NCBI GenBank assembly: GCA_002633005.1
Contig: NMRA01000363.1
Coordinates: 394,549 to 458,548 of the forward strand
DNA length: 64,000 bases
Direction of reading: 5' to 3'
Origin: Phoronis australis
Lineage: Eukaryota; Animalia; Phoronida
The notes below the pieces were generated by a model that saw only the letters and a program-made list of their open reading frames with translations, was not told the DNA's origin and ran no database searches. Below are positions 12,001-25,282 of this stretch, piece by piece. Position 1 is the stretch's first letter, and every line of letters begins with the position of its first letter. Made by a program: the position numbers and the translations under genes.

Positions 12001-14458
12001 CACAGCAGGTTCTCTTCAAAGATATGCTATGTCCAATAAAATTCTCTAGACGAGTGAGTTTCCTTATTTTATGGCGGACTCCACCCCCAGGACTACCAGA
12101 TTAGTTACTGAATTAACCGATGAATAAGCTATTCAGTAAACGTCATAACATTGCATTAGAATAAAAACTAACACCTAGAATTAATTTTACTTGTTGAGGT
12201 CAGATGCACATTTTAGGTGTCGTGAAAAATACACATTATTAAGTCACTTTTAGCCTGTTTCACACAGTTTAATTCAGATCTTAAATAAGACTTGGGTACA
12301 AAGATTATTAGTTTCTACATATAAACGTGAAGATGAAACGTCAAGTATGTTCTACCTTCCTAAAGTAGTTTTGTCTTGTGTTTTCTTTTATAATTTATTA
12401 GTATTTCTCCCGCTATTCTGTTACAGGTGAGAGAAAACGACTGAAACCAGCCGCCTGACCGTCTATTTTACCTTTGGACAAAGTGAAACGCAACAGCATT
12501 GACCTGAGAGAATCAGCCCTTGATATGCCTGATTTTGGATTCCATTTCCAGGGAAATTACAATTGTTTTAACAATTTTGTTTCTTTATATACTTTTCTTG
12601 CATGTGGAACTTTTGTTGTGGACAAGTTAACAAAAAACTTAAAATTGTTCAAAGGCCTTCTTAAATAATTACACACACAAATAAATCAAATGCAAACAAA
12701 GGTAATACTTCATTTTGATCACTGCACATTTCTAGAGGTCAACACTGAGGAAAACGACAATTCGGAAGCGTAATCGCTAATCATTTCAGCTTTATAAAGA
12801 ATAAGCGCAAATGCACTGTGTGGGGCTTTAAAACTGAGGAAATATTGTGGTTTCAATAATTAGTGATAATCTTGCCTGTTAATGAAAATTTTATTCATCA
12901 TCAAAGTGTAATATTAACGGGCTTTCTACTGACAATAAGACAATCGATGCAGTCACTGAACGTCATTTACCCATATTGTGTACCAAATTGAAAAGTTTTT
13001 AACATTAGCATAGAGCCTTTCTTCTGAAAGGAAAAGTTAATGTCACTCAGTGAGAAAGGACAGGTATTTATACCAGATGCTTTTGGTTTTCATTTCACAG
13101 AGATCTAGTTTCCATAGCCTATAGAAGCGCTTGTAAAAAGGTCCAGTTTCGGCATATGGCTTTCCTCCAAGTAACCTCATTCAGCCCCAATTAGATCCTT
13201 GAAGGTAAACACAACAGCATATTACTTGACTCGTTTTGTGCCCAAAATCTGACCTTGATCTAGACCAGAGTGTCACTACGTCTTCTTTAGCTTCAATCCA
13301 GCATGTTTCTTCCAGGAAAGGAAATGAGCTATCGTCCACACATGACTTATTGCCTCTGAAAGGCCATCCTCACCAACGAGGCTGACTTGTGTAACAGTCA
13401 GATATAGTTCCTGTTCATACACAAACGACACTGGCTTATGGTAATTTCGTACTACGATTCATATTTCACTAGCGCCACTGACATGTACATTGTGCCATGC
13501 AGCACTAATGGTGTGTGAAAATGCTGTGGGCCGGAGTAACAAAGCTTGTTCGTTGTCTCCGATGAAGAAAGTAGGCTTTAACAACAGATCTACAATGTAT
13601 GGGAAGAACTTGCTAGTTAGCTGCAGTCAAATGCATATCTCCTCTACACGGTACAAGCCCTCAAACCTAAAAACCAAATGTCAAGTGAAAACAGACATGA
13701 TAGATTTTCATTTCAACGTGTAATAAATTTCCAGAAGACATAGGATAGGGAGTAAACAAATAGTCTAATGTATATTTACGTACTCTTTGCCATGGCATTG
13801 GGCTTGGATTGTAATCTCACTAACCAATATCGAGTTAAACATTCAGCATTCATTGATGTAACTGTCACTGATAAACCTGTTATAAATCATTCCAAAAAAT
13901 AATACTGCTTTGATGTACGAAAACATCCCGAGTGCTACGTCAAGTACCGTAAGACGCATCACAACAAACAAAGATTAACCCGACTGGCGACTGCCGTGAA
14001 GTCGACATCGGCGAGTATCTCAGTTAACAGGCATCAGTAGAATAAACATGGAAAAATTGTTAAAATAATCACAAGCCTTACCTTTGTATGAGGTCGTGCT
14101 TACTTTCTCTCATAGAAGCAACCTTGTCTTGCAATCTCAGATTCAGGTGGCACGCCTACAAGCCATTTCACCATGTATTTAAAGGGCTCTCGAAATCGAG
14201 GCTGTTAATCTAACACCACTAGTACACGCGTGCCTTCTAGTTAATGTAAATTTTCCGAATAGCCTCATTATTTTAGTACCGAACATACCGGAAGTTGAAG
14301 TGGCTACCGCGTGTGTTACAGAAATTTGTATTGCGGGCGTGTGCTAATCAGACTGCGGTTTATAGGTCCCTGGTAGATTTTCCTAGTGGAATGAGTGGCG
14401 AATATGCCAAGATAACGCTTAGTTTTGTTTGAAGCCTTGGTACGTTAAGTTTGCCAAA

Positions 14459-16094
14459 TGTAGAAAAAACTCATTGTATTTGGATAGGTCGGATGAGGGG
14501 AAGTGAATTGCACTTGTGTCCAGAATTCAATTTATCTTGGCAAAAACAAAAATTCTCAATTCTGGGAGTCACATTTAGCACTAATTTATCAGAAATTCCA
14601 GACTTAAATTATTACAATGTCAAAATACAAGAGATTTACAGAGATTTGACTTGTTGGTCCAGGAGATCGCTCACTACGCTAGGAAAAATAACCGTAGTTA
14701 AATCGTTTGTTTTGCCTAAATTAACGCACCTCTTGTTGTCATTACCTTCTCCATCAGACAAAGTTGTTGACTCTTTAGAAAAACATTTTTAAAAATTTAT
14801 TTGTCAAAACAAAAATGACAGGATAGCTAGAAATATCATGATCCAAGATTTTTCCAACGGAGGCTGTAAAATGGTCCATTTAAAAAGTTATACTAAGTCG
14901 TTAAAATTTACATGGTTCGTGAGACTTGTGATGGCCAATCAATCTTCCTGGAAATTGATTGTTATGAAAAACCGCTTTTTAGCTGGAAAAAACCTTATTC
15001 ATGTTGGGGCCAAATTTTATAATCAATGCCCGGTAATTCTTAAGAATGTCTTTTGGAAAGAAGTATTTTTAGTTGTTGGGGAAGTACTCTCTAGTATCTC
15101 AGATTATCACATTAAAGAGGAATTTAATTACGAACAACTCTGGTATAATGAACATATTTTAATTGATAAAAAGTCTGTTTTCTACAATGACTGGTATAAA
15201 AGAGGGATAATTTTTATCCACGATTTGTTGAACCATAATGGTTATTTTATGTCTTACCAGTGTTTTTGTGAAAGATACAGGTTTTCTCCATCATTTACAT
15301 CTTTTTGGGGTATTCGAAGTGCAATTCGTCAAACTATTCGTCATTCTCAAATTAGGCCATGTAGTGAAATCGAGATAACCTTGCCTTTTTGCGCAACATT
15401 TAATTCCATTCTTATATCGAGACAAAAAGTCAATAAACAAATTTATACCCACTTAATACAAAAACTATATAAAAAACCCAAATTTGAGGAAAATTGGGAA
15501 AAACATTTGAATACCGTAACTTTTCTTGTGATGTCCAGCTTAAATGGTTTCAAATACGTTTAACTCACAGACTACTCGGAACCAATAAATTTTTGAGTAA
15601 GATTGGTGTTAGAAATTCAGGTAGTTGTACTTTTTGTAATTCTCATTCTGAAGACCTTTTTCACTTGTATTGGTCTTGTTTACGTGTCCAAAGTTTTTGG
15701 AAAACTGTTGAAAACTGGATAAAAAACCTCTGCGGAATTGATATGAAACTTGATCATTTTGACGTAATTTTTGGCTCCTTTAATGGACCAAAAATCATAA
15801 ATCTACTTTTATGTTTAGGCAAGTACCACATACACAAGCAAAGACTTCAGAATGTAGAACCATGTTTTGCACTTTTTAAACATTTTGTTTTTGATTACTA
15901 CAAAGTAGAAAAGGTTATGTACTACAACCAGTGCAGGTATCTCGACTTCGAGGAACGATGGGCCCCTATAGCACCTTTATTTTAATTTATACTACATACA
16001 ACCAATGGCCCCCTGTGTATGAATGTGAGTGTGACTGTGCGCGTGAATGTTTATACTGTTTGACTTTATTGTATTTGCTTTACGATAACAATAA
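14459..16094 (+). mobile_element. 5'-truncated Tx1/L1-clade LINE (post-RT region and C-terminal CCHC zinc finger), frameshifted
   Basis: WSRRSLTTLGKITVVKSFVLPKL, LWYNEHI, HRLLGTN, CTFC...EDLFHLYWSC; AATAAA at the 3' end; near-perfect 12-bp TSD AAGT(T/G)TGCCAAA at 14447-14458 and 16095-16106. Confidence 0.9.
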
Positions 16095-18539
16095 AAGTGT
16101 GCCAAAGCATACAGCCGTGAGGAGTGCATCGATTTCGTTTGTTTTAGCGGCAATAGCAACTGTGGAGGCCAAGAGCCACAGACATTTTTAGTGTCGAAAC
16201 CAAACTCTATTACAGTCTGGTGTTTGTCTCTTACAAATTGGCCACTGGTCATGTAAGACTTAAGTCAATCTGTGTATTTAGATCATCTGAACATACCATG
16301 CAGCTGCAACCTTAATTCGCGTAATTTGAGCAATAATCCAAGTCGATAAATTCGTTATGTGATCACCATTGCCATTGCCCACAATGTTACTCGAGCAGAG
16401 TTTTAAAAACACTTGCTTTTTGATTTACAGTGATTCTTTCTTTGCATCTCATAAATTTAATCTAAAAAGGAGAGTAGCGTGCAATTGGAGTAAACTGGAC
16501 GCAACTGAATATATGATTGCACCAGTAAAAACAGAAATCTAATAAAGACGAGACTAATTGAAATGTTGAACAAGAAGCAAACCACTCTTGTGTTCCGTAT
16601 TCTGAAGACCCTAACGGAAATACAAGATTGCGAGATATCGCCATGTATTGCAAGCGAAGAACATGATTCTTGTGAAGCATACATAGCGTACGCGACACTT
16701 GCAATTGCCCGGGATCACGCCCTTGTTAGTCACAGTCCAGGTAAAATATAGGTTTCTACATAACAAGGTGATGTTTCACAAAGCAACACAGTGAGCTTTT
16801 AATGGCAAGTTAGGTAAGTTATTTTCAGAAACGTCGTTCAATGAAAAGTATTTAAACTGCCAACTTTCTACTTGTCTCTCTTGAAAAGCGTTTTTGCGTC
16901 TCAAATGGTGTTGATAAAAGGAAGTACAAACGGAAAATTTCAACACATGAAGTTGTTGTAAAGTTTCATACCAAAAAACTTAATTGTAAACGTAACGGTG
17001 AATTCCGTTGTTCTTCAACTTCGGATGGAAATTAGGCAAAAACAGCACTGGAGTGCTGGACACAGCTGCTTTATTTCGCTACTGAACAGTACTGTAGTGG
17101 GTCGTAGGCGCACGTAGGCGCAGCCAACCACCTTTTGGCATTTGAACGTGGCGCCTACGCACCGCACTGCTCAATGTGATACGGTGGGCTGTAGGCGCCT
17201 ACTTACCCCTAATTTTGCCACTAGAAATCGAAGTTCAACACTTCGTTATTGGAATCATATGGGAGACAAGAGTTCTATAGCGACTCCATTTTTTCCTGGA
17301 CATGGCTTTCGAATAACCTCGGAATAAATGGAAAATCTATTTCCAAAATTGTATGTCAATCTTGTCGCCCAATTGGAGTGGGAGATAGAAATTATCTTGG
17401 TCGATGATACTCAGTTTGTGAAAAAATCAGGATTATTCTAAAAACCCCTCGACCAACCACCCCCTCAACCCACGACTCGATCTTAACATATATGTAGAAC
17501 AAGAGCTGATTTGCAGGATCAACGAGTTGGGCCGTGAGCTTGGGTGACTCTTTCTGCGTACCTTAACACCAGGTAATCCATATTGGCTCATTTGTATCAC
17601 GCAATTTACACAAGGTATTGTTTTGACATAAAATTTTAAACAATCTGTGTTACAAGGGGTCGTGCCTTCTCCGGCGTGTCAGAAAACAGTTATTTACAGA
17701 CATCTTACCTGTCTAGGTGTACCGCAAACGGTATTGGGCCACCTGCCAGTTTTCACTTATTTAGTCCAGTCGGTGCAGCAAATAAAAGTAGGCACCCGTC
17801 ATCCGAACGTACGGGTCATAATGTTTTTATTTAGTGTTCTGTGTAACGCGTGACATTCACCAATAAACAAATGAGGGTTTGTGTGCGTACATATATTCAC
17901 TGGCGAGTATCAAAATGGCGTTCGAAGGTCATGCACTTAGGTTAATAATCGTACCGGTATGGTCCAGTATCAGGCCAGCGTTTACCGTTGAACAATCCGC
18001 GATCATGACCTAGGTATGCTCTGTTTCTGACTGAACGTTCACCAATATCTAAATAAATATTCAAAATCATTAATCAACAGTGGCAGTAGTGCTTGGAACA
18101 GAATTGTAATAACTAGTCATGGTTACAATATGATTACTGTTGGAGTTACATGCATTCCAAAGTTAAGTGTCACGTATTATTCCTGACAACATTCACGACT
18201 ATGATGACAGCCGTAGCAAGCACAGCAAATTAGTAAAACGTTTGTTTTTTAATCTTACATCCTCACAAGTAAGTTACGCGAAGACAAACTACTCTCTAAA
18301 GCATCACCTAAGACACTGTTTAAAATTCATCTCTATTATAGGAGGTAAGGCTGAACACCTTCGTTACAAAGAATCTCACTTTTAACGTTTTAAGTGTGAA
18401 CTTCAGAAACATGAAACTACAGATTTGTAAAATCCTTGATTGTCTACATGTTTATACAGAAGCATGTAATGCAAAATAAGCCAAGATGCATTATAACCTT
18501 ATTTGTGCGAGTAAAAGTCTTGCGGAAAAACTTGAGAGC

Positions 18540-18830
18540 GTTCACGCGACTCTTAAAAATATCCCCAAAATGTCGACTTCTTCCATCCGAATTGAATAGC
18601 ATTGCAAATTGTGATCATCCGGGTATTGTTAGAGTGTTTGAAAAAGCTGTACCCCATGATATTCTTTTCATTTACAATATTAAGAAAAGATGGCCATATG
18701 TCTGGGATCTTTGCAGGAACACAGTGGTGAAGTGTATTCGAAATTGTCTGAATACTACCTGTATTTTAGTCGGTGAGGACTTCCAATCAGTGCGTGTTAT
18801 CATGACGCATCTCCCTATGGCCTGATTCAG
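18540..18830 (+). pseudogene. Very degenerate LINE RT fragment (CR1/L2-like)
   Basis: KAVPHDIL...VKCIRNCL...VGEDFQSVRV resembles KAFDxVPH...WIxxFL...V.G..S...V. Confidence 0.35.
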
Positions 18831-19049
18831 GGAAGGAGAGATACAATAGACTTTCCTTTGCCGTAGTACAGATCTAGTGTTTGATAGCTTGTAAGAGTTA
18901 AAAAGATTTAATTTGATTACTATTCGGTTTTGGCAATTCTAGCCGCAGAAAAACGACGCTAGACTGCAACATGAAAACGACTGTTAGCAGTTGTTGTCAG
19001 CTAACACAGTTGCAGTTTTTGGGCCGAGCAATAGACTAAAATGTTTGCC

Positions 19050-19300
19050 AAGCCTAAGTCTAAATTAAACACCGTGCAAATTAGTGATGTGCTTTGTCAA
19101 CTGGACTGTGGCGACAGCTATGAGTTTTACGTTGGCATGACACCGCCATGACCGTCATGGCTGAAGACAAATAAGATGCCAACAGTGCCGTGTGTAGCCA
19201 TTCCATTAACACTTGCTACGCTGTATGATTTCCTGAAGTCAATGTTCTTGATAACAATAACTGTCAGTGTCAAATAAACAGCAGGTTGCGTAATCCAGGA
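19050..19300 (+). pseudogene. Degenerate Penelope-type GIY-YIG fragment
   Basis: KSKL...SDVLCQLDCGDSYEFYVGMT parallels KSP...SNVVYKVECDNCKEFYIGLT at 41.5 kb. Confidence 0.5.
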
Positions 19301-22300
19301 AGTATCCGAACAAAGAATAGTAGAAATTTACCGGAAGTTCGCATTACAGGAGAACAGTAAGAGCTAAAGATATTTTCGGGTTCGATTTTGTTAAAAAATT
19401 TAGATCCCAGTGCCTGCTTCTTTCTCTTGATACAGTATTATTTATTGAACATGCGCGTCAGCGTCCGTTGAATGCATGGTAGGGTATTGTGATTGCCTTG
19501 CATGTCATCAAGTTTTGTTTTATACCCAGAATTGCTTTGGATTTTGCAAACATTTTTATGATGGATATAAATTTCATTTTATAGTCTTGTTTTTATTAGA
19601 TTTCGTACTGTACCGCACTGTTCTTTTGACCGTTTGGATGTGGAAAGGTTGTTACTTGGTGAAGTTAATTTCGCTTTTTGTTTTTGTAAACGCTGCAATG
19701 TTGCATTTTTCGTATAACTAACACATAGTTCACGAACAACGTTCATCTCGTTAAAGTCACGAAAAATAGTAGTTTTGGCGAAATCGGTCCAAAAGGAGCT
19801 GTGTCGAGTTCTCGCTTCACGGAACTCTAGCTCTGAGGTCTTTTCATGGATTCTTCTGAAAGTTTGTACAGTGATAAATTTCGTATATGGCTACGTCTTG
19901 CTCATCTCGAGTTATTTTTCTTGGCTTCTACAAGTGCTATGAAATGATAATTGTATGTTTCTGGCGTCAACTCAGGCTATTCGACATTTAATGACATTTA
20001 AGGTCCGACACTGGTCTCAGGCTTCATCGCAGACATACGTCTCAAGGGTTAATAACAATATATGTATGCTTTCTATACCCTTCTTTCTAATCGCACGACC
20101 AATCGACATGTAATTTAGATGCACCATGTAACTCGTTAATAGCTTGAGACCTGTTGCTTTTGGTTCAAACCGGATGCGTGATGGCGTTGTAGCGTCTCTT
20201 TGTAGGTATTCCGTCCATTGGCGGATCGTTTTGGTACCACGAAAGATCCCTTCAAGTGCTACCTGCATGGTGCCATCCGCGTTTCGCTACGACTTGCCGC
20301 TCTCAAGTTATTCAGGGTTTTCCGACTTCTCGTGCCGCATCTCCAGCGTCCCTTGGAGGATACTGCTGAAATTTGGTGGATAGATCTTGCGCTGTCCTCT
20401 TGTTTTTTGCTCCAGTCTTCAACTGTACCTCTAACGAGATATTTGTGAAGCTCTATGATCAGGAGACTGTTCTGTTATTGAATGTGGAAACGCTGCACTT
20501 GTGTTAAGCTATCATACTATGTTACACATAGCTTTTTTCGTCCGATCCAATAACTTGTACATGTATCTTGCTAAGAGCTCGAGGCCTATGTGCTGGGAGA
20601 AATCGAATCAAACATGGCCCAGTGACAATGTGCCCGTCTCAGCATATTGGAGAGTTGTCTACCACACGTTTGTTCTTTTAATGAAAGGCGCTTCACTGTT
20701 TTGTTGTTCTATCGTGGAATTTTTCGTCAGATCAAAAGGTCACACGTCCATCTTTAATCTTTATCTTCACTATCACCATCACTAGATTCGTAGTCAATGC
20801 GAGTCGCGTTCTTGACAGCGTCAGCGTACGGTGGGAGAAGCATACGAGAATGCCCGTCTGCCACCTATGTATAAACACTTCATTTCCTTGTTTGCTCTCG
20901 GGTCGTTGTCGACATCACTTCTCATTCAATTTCAGCAATCGTTGCTCCTCAGAGCTCTTTCATTGGATTCTCTGAAGGACATGTACAGTTTACATTCTTT
21001 ATTTTTGACCTGCGTGCTACCATAGACTATAGTACATTGACCGCCAACTCCGTATACTTTTAATGGAGAAAATATGTGCTGTTTCGTACAAGCCGTTACA
21101 TCATTATTCACTAGCGACACCTGACCAAATTATGTGGTGTAATTTCCGGCAAGTACGTCGTCTGCTAATCATGGTCGGTTGCTGTGTGTCCGAGTGTTCG
21201 GCCACACTGGCGAAGCGCAATTGCGTTAACGTCCGCAGCGTACGGAGACCGCATAATCGGATGTGTCTTGTATAAACGTTAATGAAAAGACTTTATACAT
21301 ATATTCAAGACATTTTGATGATGCATGTTATTTAAGAACTTCTGGTAGGCTTACTACTTAATTCTGTCTCACATATCTTTTCTTCTTTTTGATGAACATT
21401 AGCTGGCAATTTTTTATGCTAAATTCTTTCGAAAGATAGTGATTCACGAGGAACTCCAGCCATAATCTAGTGAGCGAATTAACAGGACCAAAAAACGTAA
21501 CTCTTTGGCTGCAGGCATAACATTGTGAGCCCCCGCATTTCCTCACTGATGCCGTAAGGCTCCCAGCTGTTTTCCGCCATTTTTGTCTAGTGTAGCACTC
21601 TCCAATATGGCGTCATTGACAACGCGAGCTGCCTGTATCTGAGAAAGGTGCCCGGTCTATGTGATGCCTACGGTTGCTACAGTGCAAACATGCACAATAC
21701 TTGGTCTACCATTTTCCCGCAGTAAGTGCATGAACCAATCAGATCACCAATGACGCAAAGTTTTCGAAAACAAGTCTGATTCTTAGGGAGTCATGTCACT
21801 GCTCTATTTATTTTCAAAACTTTATTGTGTTATAAATATAATTTCTTTATGTTCAAATCAATGAGGCCACTAAATATGAATGCATTTAACACAATTAATG
21901 AATTGTAAAAACCAAAACTTATGCTCTATCAACATGAGACAAAAGCAGTACACATCTTTATTAAAATGGGTCAGAAGATAGAAACAAAGGACAAGAGAGA
22001 AGAGTTTCCATCACTTACAACGTCGACTTTCGACATAGATGTTGGGGAGGAACATCAGTCTGGAGACAACAACACGGAATCGTACGAAGGCGATGATTTT
22101 CGAACTTTGATTCATTGTGTTGTATGTCATTTTTCCTTACTGGTCAGGATTACTTGTGGATCCAGGAACAAGAACTGAACGAGCCAGGGTTCCTGATAAC
22201 GTTGGTGAACGGTAACATCTATTTAAGGTATTACAACTGTCATCGATATTGTCATCTTCTCTGTTTTCATCCAACCTTCCCAGATGAAAACATGAATGAA

Positions 22301-22873
22301 GAGGACCTTCAGTACTTGAGTGACCACAGAATACTGTGTGACTTATGTTTAATTATTCAACGGTTCTTTTAAGAACCATTTCACGCTATACCTATGGCTC
22401 ATGCACAGTACAACCAACAGCCCTTCTAAGGGTCACTTAACACTTACCAGGCAAAATGATCACTTGAGAATGTTGAATTATAAACACACGGAGGTTAGAC
22501 CAGTGAAATCGTTGCAGAGGCGCATTTTTAATCCGAAAAAAAATTTCTAAACAAAAACGTTATATAGGTTTCTTTTACATGCACAGGTACTCCTTAAAAT
22601 TTGTGCACAAATACACTTTCGTATTTTTTCCAGTATGTGAACCACGAATCAACATCTGTCCGGTAAATATGCTGCTATTGTGCAAGCAGATGACAAAATC
22701 AGTCGGCACCGAAATTTGAATTTTGCAATTACATGACCAGTGGCATTGCCAAAAGTACCCTCGATACCAACAGTTCTACTATCGGAAGACTTTGAACTAC
22801 GCTTCAATACCGAAGTCATTTTTTTTCGATGTACTGGACAGTAAACTAGATTCGAGAATTTCCCGTCACTATA

Positions 22874-23519
22874 GTGGCACTGCGGCCGCGGCCAATTTGC
22901 ACACCCAAACTATTAAAATTTTGGGGTAGGCCAAGTTTGGGGTCATTTTCTAGGTAGGCATTGCATGTAGGCTCAGTGAATGTGGTTTGTTTGTATTTGT
23001 GAACATGCTGAGAATGAAAAAAGGGCACTTTCTCGGCTGTAAACGAACTCTTCTTCAAGATGGTGGGCCCCTGTTGTAATTTTGCATTGCTGTGTAGCAA
23101 ATGAGAAATTGGCCACGATTTCAGGTAGCCCTCAAACAAGCCAGATTTGCAAACAAACAAGTTGGTTGACAGTACTTTTAGACCACATTTTTGGAATTGG
23201 TAGGAAATTTGCTTTCGCAATCTTATGTTGGCTTTAATCGAGCATCGGCAGGAAAGTGGTGATTTTGGGGTGAAAAGTGCCGATTTTGCGTTTTTTGCCC
23301 TTATTTTTCTTAGTTCAGCTTGGTTTCCACTGGGAGTGAAAGGGTCAAAAATACAAGAGAGTACAAAGTTTCTGTGCTCATCTGTAGGGCTTGTGATGTG
23401 AAATGACTCAAAACTTTTCTTTATTTGCATGCAGTTTTTGACAGAGTGAAGAAAGGGTGAAGAATCCATTGAGGGGTGTTCTGATAGGCAAATCCCTGTG
23501 AGAACTGTTCAGTGCCTCC
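22874..23519. mobile_element. Kolobok-like MITE copy 1 (left TIR partly deleted)
   Basis: Closely similar direct copy of 24626-25282; ends AACTGTTCAGTGCCTCC|TTAA. Confidence 0.75.
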
Positions 23520-23644
23520 TTAAAAGAAGTGGTCAAATTTCAACTTTCAAATTTTTCCAAGTTTTGGCACTAATTCTTCTCTATGTCACTAATCAAAGTC
23601 TTGACAGTAGTTTATGTTGATTTATTTTTACATTATTTACATTA

Positions 23645-23850
23645 CAGCCCTAATCTTTACCCTAGCTAGCCCTAACCGGCCTAGACCTAATCCAAACCAT
23701 AACCGTGGGACCCTAAGGCTAACACCAGAACCCTTGCCCTAACCCTGGATGTCCAAACCTAACCCCTACCCTAACCATAACCCTGGCACTCTTACCCTAA
23801 GCCTGTAACCCTTCCCCTGTAACCCTAACTCTAACCTAACCCTAACCCCG
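23645..23850 (+). repeat. Degenerate (CCCTAA)n telomere-like tract
   Basis: Many CCCTAA/ACCTAA/CCTAACC units, e.g. TAACCCTAACTCTAACCTAACCCTAACCCC. Confidence 0.75.
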
Positions 23851-24625
23851 GGTGCATGATTACGGTGACATTTCTTCCCGTCCAGTTGTTTGGTCTCACG
23901 GTAACTGCTTTCTCTTTTAGTGCTTAACGTGAACTTCTAAAAAAGAAAGTGTTGACCCTGTGCCATCGCCATCAGCGAGGTAGGTGACCCCCTTAGCTTC
24001 AACATGTGGGAGATGCACAGCACCGCAACCGTCTATTGCGCCATCTGGCTGTCTTGGAGTATTGAAGGGGTAGGGGTGTTTGTTGAATGAACTGTGTCCC
24101 TTATGAATTGTTCTTTTTCTCCCTCTGCTCCTAATGAAACCGTGTAGCTTTCCAGGCTACTTTATATGTGATCACCACTCAACAATAAGGTTGTGAGAGA
24201 AAGTAATTGCTGTACAAATTTATTGTTTCCATGCCTTTTGTGGTTATCCAAGTCAACTTCTGTCAATAAATATGTCCCCTGTACAAAACGAGTGAGCCAA
24301 GGTGAGGATTATGGTCAAGCTGTGGGGTCAGGAAACTAACTTGAATTAAACTTTTATTGTTTATTTCACATTTAAGTTTATCACTTTTCTCGAATTTGTC
24401 CCATCAAAAGTCAGTATAGTGCCAAACAGAGCACAAAACTACATCGGGTGTCTTAATCTGTGTAAAATTGGTCTCGCTTGAAAACCCCATCCTTCGAGCT
24501 GGTTACATCCGATCACCTTATAAAAACAAAATTGGCCACCGGTTCAACTTTTTATTTGAAACAGCAGGTAAGCAGATGGAGAGGAACTATTCTGAACCAA
24601 ATTTGGAAAATGTGGTCTTATTTAA

Positions 24626-25282
24626 GGTGGCACTGAATAGTTGGGCTGCGGCCGCAGCCAATTTGCACTCCCAAAATATTAAAATTTTGGGTAGGACAAG
24701 TTTGGGGGAATTTTGTAGGTAGGCATTGCATGTAGGCTCAGTGAAAGTGGTTTGTTTGTATTTGTGAACATGCTGAGAATGAAAAAAGGCCACTTTCTCG
24801 CTGTAGCTGCACTCTTCTTCAAGATGGTGGCCCCCTGTTGTTATTGTGTATTGCTGTGTAGCAACTGAGAAATTGGCCACGATTTCGGGTAGCCCTTAAA
24901 CAAGCCAGATTTGCAAACAAACTAGTTGGTTTACAATATTTTTGGACCACATTTTTGGAATTGGTAGGAAATTTGCTTTCGTAATCTAATGTTGGCTTTA
25001 GTCGAGCATCGGCAGGGAAGTGGTGATTTTGGGGTGAAAGGTGCCGATGTTGCGTTTTTTTGCTTTTATTTTTCTTAGTTCAGCTTGGTTTCCACTGGGA
25101 GTAAAAGGGTCAAAAATACAAGAGAGTGCAGTTTCTGTGCTCATCTGTAGGCCTTGTGATGTGAAATGACTCAAAACTTTTCTTTATTTGCATGCAGTTT
25201 TTGACAGAGTGAAGAAAGGGTGAAGAGTCCATTGACGTGTGCTCTGATAGGCAAATCCCTGTGAGAACTGTTCAGTGCCTCC
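24626..25282. mobile_element. Kolobok-like MITE copy 2
   Basis: TTAA|GGTGGCACTGAATAGTT...AACTGTTCAGTGCCTCC: 17-bp TIR with 2 mismatches, TTAA on the left. Confidence 0.75.

Noticed and set aside
13230-13665. Acceptor-preceded, coding-looking minus-strand stretch
   Set aside because: Stops in the frames I examined and no recognisable domain.
21171-21275. MVGCCVSEC as a THAP start
   Set aside because: The downstream P, W and CxxHF residues are not found.
22846-23469. 207-aa minus-strand ORF
   Set aside because: Lies within a MITE, is not kept open in the second copy, and has no recognisable motif.
23645-23850. A true telomere or chromosome-fusion site
   Set aside because: Short, highly degenerate, single orientation and intronic.
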